Origin: Polaribacter sp.
GTDB lineage: Bacteria; Bacteroidota; Bacteroidia; Flavobacteriales; Flavobacteriaceae
Length of the DNA: 64,000 nt
Direction of reading: 5' to 3'
NCBI GenBank assembly: GCA_047611925.1
Contig: JBLFXB010000001.1
Coordinates: forward strand, 13,103 to 77,102
The translations under genes were made by a program, and so were the position numbers. Shown here piece by piece: positions 60,260-64,000 of this stretch; within the stretch, counting starts at the first letter, position 1; each line of letters opens with the position of its first letter. The notes below the pieces were generated by a model. That model made no database searches and had not been told where the DNA came from. It was given only the letters and a program-made list of their open reading frames with translations.

Positions 60260-62302
60260 ATGAAATTCAACTTCAAATTAGTTATTCTATTCATCCTTTA
60301 TTCTTCTATTTGCTTATCGCAAAACATGAAAGAAGGGTTTACGTATTTAGAAACTGGAAAATATAAAAAAGCAAAAATTTTCTTTAAAAACATTTTAGTA
60401 GAATATCCAACGAATAAAACAGCTAAACTTTGTTTCGGAAGAGCGATTGGGCTAAATGGTAACAGTAAAGAATCTGTTGAAATTTTTACTGATTTATTAA
60501 AAATATATCCTGAAGATTTTGAAATCAAATTGAATTATGCAGAATCATTATTATGGAATAAAAATTATACCAAAGCAAAAGGCTATTATCAAAACCTAGT
60601 TAAAGAAAGCCCTAAAAGTTTCCCAGCTATTTTAGGATATGCAAATACACTTTCGAATTTAAAAATATATGATCAAGCACTTGAATTTGTTAATAAGGCA
60701 TTACTTATTTCTCCTGGTAATTTAAATGCATTAACTTCTAAAAAATATATTTACTTAGGGTATGCAAATCAATATGTTCAAAAAAGAGAGTATACAACTT
60801 CAATAAAACTATTAAACGAAAACTTGCTATTGTTTGAAAATGATACTGAAACACTTCTCAATCTAGCGAATGTATATCTTATTTCTAATGATTTTTCAAA
60901 AGCAAAAGCGATTTATATAACCATAGGAGAATCTTCAGAAAACAAACTGGCCTCATTAAATGGTCTTGCATTAGTTTCTCATTTAAATGGAAAAGAAAAG
61001 GAAGCATTAAAGATTAGTTCTAAAGCAATGAACTCTATCAATAGTAAAACAAGTAAAAGGTTAACACAACAAACAAAAGAACGGTATACGCAGGCTTTGA
61101 TATGGAATAGAAAATACAAGGAAGCTAATGGATTAATTCAAAAAATAAATAAAGAATTTCCAAATGAAAATTGGGCTTTATTATTACGAGCTACTTTAAA
61201 TATATATAAAAGCAATTTTAAAGAAAGTCTTGCTGATTACAATCGAGTTATAAAAAATGATTCTACTTCCTTCGATGGTAATTTAGGGAAAGCCAATGCA
61301 TTGAAAGCTTCAAAACTCTACAATGAAGCTTATAAAGTAGGTAACAAAGCCTTAGTGCATCATAATAACCAAAAAGATATTGTTGGTTTTTTAAAAAACT
61401 TAAATACTGATTTCACTCCTTTTGTTGAAACAAAATCTATCTATAGTATTGACAACGGAAATAACCAAGCAATTTCCTTTTATACTGGTATTGAGTTTCC
61501 ATTCTCTACTCGATTAAAATTAAATGCAAACTTTACTTCAAGGAACACAAAAAATACGCTAAGTAATATCGAAGCTACTGCGAAAAGTTTTTCTGGTGGT
61601 CTTACATATCAACTTTACCCAAAGTTTTCTTTCAAAGGAAACATAGGAGTTACGACAACAAAAGATTTTTCTCAATTATCAGCAGATATCAAATTATTAA
61701 TCAAGCCATCTAACTTGCAAGATCTAACCATTGGTTATAACCGTGAGATTCAAAATTTCAATGCAGATTTATTAAATCGTGAAATCGTTCAGAATAATTT
61801 TTATGCAAACTACAGTTTAAATACAAATTTTAACCTTGGATGGTATACTCAATACTATTACACAACTCAAAACGATAACAATATTCGAAATTTACTATTT
61901 ACCTCCCTCTATTATAATATACTAAATAAACCTTTATTAAAAGGAGGTATTAACTACCAACACATCACTTTTAAAGATCAAGTGCCTACAGTCTATTTTA
62001 GTCCAGAGAAATTTAATGCTGTAGAAGTTTTTATTGATTTATTTAAGGATAAAGGTCTTGAAAATTGGTTTTATTTATTAAATGCAGCTACAGGGTATCA
62101 GTTTATTGAAGATGATGACAGACAAAATATTTATAGAGTTCAAGGTAAGTTGGGGTATAAAGTTTCTGACAGATGTATAACAAATTTGTATATAAACCAC
62201 AGTAATATTGCTTCTGCTATAGCTTCAGGATTTAAATATACTGAGATTGGCTTTGAATTGAAATGGTATTTTACAAAAAAACCAATATTTAGAAAAAAAT
62301 AG
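60260..62302 (+). CDS. TPR-repeat protein with C-terminal outer-membrane beta-barrel (PgaA/BcsC/PelB-like architecture)
   Basis: Signal peptide from ATG 60260; ~370 aa of TPR-like helices; amphipathic beta strands with YFSP motif and terminal GFELKWYF. Confidence 0.72.
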   Translation: MKFNFKLVILFILYSSICLSQNMKEGFTYLETGKYKKAKIFFKNILVEYPTNKTAKLCFGRAIGLNGNSKESVEIFTDLLKIYPEDFEIKLNYAESLLWNKNYTKAKGYYQNLVKESPKSFPAILGYANTLSNLKIYDQALEFVNKALLISPGNLNALTSKKYIYLGYANQYVQKREYTTSIKLLNENLLLFENDTETLLNLANVYLISNDFSKAKAIYITIGESSENKLASLNGLALVSHLNGKEKEALKISSKAMNSINSKTSKRLTQQTKERYTQALIWNRKYKEANGLIQKINKEFPNENWALLLRATLNIYKSNFKESLADYNRVIKNDSTSFDGNLGKANALKASKLYNEAYKVGNKALVHHNNQKDIVGFLKNLNTDFTPFVETKSIYSIDNGNNQAISFYTGIEFPFSTRLKLNANFTSRNTKNTLSNIEATAKSFSGGLTYQLYPKFSFKGNIGVTTTKDFSQLSADIKLLIKPSNLQDLTIGYNREIQNFNADLLNREIVQNNFYANYSLNTNFNLGWYTQYYYTTQNDNNIRNLLFTSLYYNILNKPLLKGGINYQHITFKDQVPTVYFSPEKFNAVEVFIDLFKDKGLENWFYLLNAATGYQFIEDDDRQNIYRVQGKLGYKVSDRCITNLYINHSNIASAIASGFKYTEIGFELKWYFTKKPIFRKK

Positions 62303-62328
62303 GAGGTGAAAACAATTTCCACCTCCTA
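62300..62328. terminator. Hairpin between convergent genes
   Basis: TAGGAGGTG / CACCTCCTA arms; followed by a duplicated AAACAACCTAAC. Confidence 0.7.
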
Positions 62329-62350
62329 AACAACCTAACAAACAACCTAA

Positions 62351-64000
62351 CTAATATATTATAAAACTCCCTTTGTATTTTTGGTTTGTACCATCATAAA
62401 ATAAATATCTGTAAATTCCACTTTTTAACTTTTTAGGCGAATTATATACTGCGTTTCATTTACTAATTTTATTGTTGTTGCATTTGAAAATGGATTTGGA
62501 TAATTAATCACCTTTGTTTTTTCAAAGATCATCACATCTATCGCCAATACTTCAGGCGTAACAAAAGAAACATTGCTTACTTCAAGATTGAAATTTTTAA
62601 AGTTTGTATAATTACCTTTAACAGAAAATACAATTGTTTTAATATCCTCAAGCTTTAAAGTATTACCATTTGCATCAACAAAATCTTCAAAAGGTATTTT
62701 ATATGCAATCTTTGTGTTATTTATAGCAACTATAGTAAGCAAACGACTGTTCCAAACTGATAAATTTTCCGGAACTAAAACAACCTCAATAGGCATATAA
62801 TTATTGATCTCAAATTGAATCGTATTGTAATTACTAACATCTAATGTTTGATCACCTGGCAATAAATGCCAGAATAAATTCATTGTTCCTTTTACTTCCC
62901 CAGAAACACTAAGTTGTCTTTCTATTTTATAGAATCCTTCATCTGTAGTCGAATTCTCTTTTATAACATTAAAAGAATTAACTATTACATACTAATCTAT
63001 AAAATCAATAGCCCAAGGTTCATCTGCTAAATACAAAGCATCTTTTGATTGGATGCATCTGTTGACAAAGAAAAACCAATATCAAATAAGGCTCCTGTTC
63101 TAACTGTTATAGATTCATTCCAATGACCACTTAAAGCAATGGTTTTTGTCATTGAGAAACTTGATGCTACTTCTGTTTCTGAAATATTTGCATTAAAAGT
63201 TACTAAGTTTGACTTATTTTTATTAATCAATTTCAAATGTACTTGTCCTTTTTCATAATACCCAGATTTTACAAAAACAGTTGGAACATTATCTTCAATT
63301 GCCACACTTGTAAATGTTTTTTCAGTGGTAAATTTATCTAAAATATGATTTGGTATAGTAAACAATTGAGAAAAAGAACTTCCTCAAATTTGAAAATTAT
63401 AATAATCTCTTTCTGGATATTGATCAATATTCCAAATACTAAATAATTCATTACTAGTATCTCCTAATTTCAGAGAAAAACTTAAGGTGTATTCTGTTTT
63501 AGAACTGGGTCTTTTAATTTTTGAACTAATAATTTTATGTCCTCTAACTATAACAGATCTAACCTCTTCTAAACTAGAATTACTTAATCGGTCACATATT
63601 GCTTTTGAGTGATCGTACACTTTTACTTTCGTTTTGGTAGCCAAAACTGCAGAAATTCTTTTATCTCCTTTATACATGTCTAACTAAAAAACTTCTTCGG
63701 CATTTGTTATTTCCAATAGATCTGTTGGGCTTGAAACATGAGCAGTTTCATCTCCATACATTCCTGTATCTGGCAAATAACTTTGAACAGCAGCATTAGA
63801 ACTTTTTAAATTTAGTTGATGCTATTTATTGTATTTGTTTTGTGCGTTTTTTCTATTTAAAATTACATTAGATTTTTTCTGTTAAAATTCCGTTTCGCAA
63901 TTAAACTAGCCAATTTCCCATTGCTTTCTAAACCACTACCAGAAGTAACATCCTCAGTTGCACTAATTACATCTGCATAGTTTGTTGCATTAATTGCAGA
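62351..64000 (-). pseudogene. Large T9SS (type A CTD) cargo protein pseudogene; 5' part outside window
   Basis: ORF-track fragments join into one protein (GLESNG.LASLIAKR...YDHSKAICDRL...DALYLAD.PW...NYPNPF). In-frame stops at 63824-63822, 63686-63684, 63386-63384 and 62994-62992; frameshifts near 63875 and 63045; CTD truncated. Confidence 0.85.

Noticed and set aside
472-62322. Many 60-150 aa ORF-track entries antisense to or overlapping long genes (e.g. 472-714, 20527-20907, 41537-41983, 45688-46143)
   Set aside because: Shadow frames of well-supported genes with no recognisable motifs.
62425-63677. Three separate small genes as listed in the ORF track
   Set aside because: They are consecutive fragments of one broken T9SS cargo gene.
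48984-64000. tRNA-Met-anchored integrative element
   Set aside because: No integrase, transposase or duplicated tRNA 3' end seen in the window; adjacency alone is insufficient.
62351-64000. Stop-codon readthrough or alternative genetic code explaining the in-frame TAG/TGA codons
   Set aside because: Mixed stop types co-occur with frameshifts and a truncated CTD, and all other genes use standard stops; pseudogenisation is simpler.

Overview
AT-rich Bacteroidota DNA, most likely a marine Flavobacteriaceae (inferred from gene content and TAnnTTTG promoter elements). It has four parts. (1) 1-19154: a laminarin/beta-1,3-glucan utilisation locus (MFS, GH30, an unassigned GH-A enzyme, GH17, GH149, GH16, a surface glycan-binding lipoprotein, SusD, SusC and a beta-propeller/Y_Y_Y/LuxR regulator). 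(2) 19.8-27.4 kb: a CDP-alcohol phosphatidyltransferase pseudogene, a TetM-like GTPase with an unannotated leader ORF, and a TetR / PPP-leader / SulP / Usp / beta-carbonic anhydrase / DUF2490 module. (3) 27.5-49.1 kb: mostly housekeeping genes ending in tRNA-Met. (4) 49.2-64 kb: the best candidate for an undescribed system, a putative signal-regulated glycan synthesis/export locus. It encodes a receiver domain fused to a polyprenyl-phosphate glycosyltransferase, a 1029-aa GT-C-like membrane protein, an Ig-like protein, a membrane-anchored GH-A hydrolase, a GT4, a flippase, two STAS genes, a TPR-beta-barrel and a T9SS cargo gene. Four of its promoters share 8-mer direct repeats at 21-22 bp spacing, set a fixed distance from a -7-like element. 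Its peripheral genes are pseudogenised while the enzymatic core is intact. All family assignments come from motif recognition by eye, not database searches.
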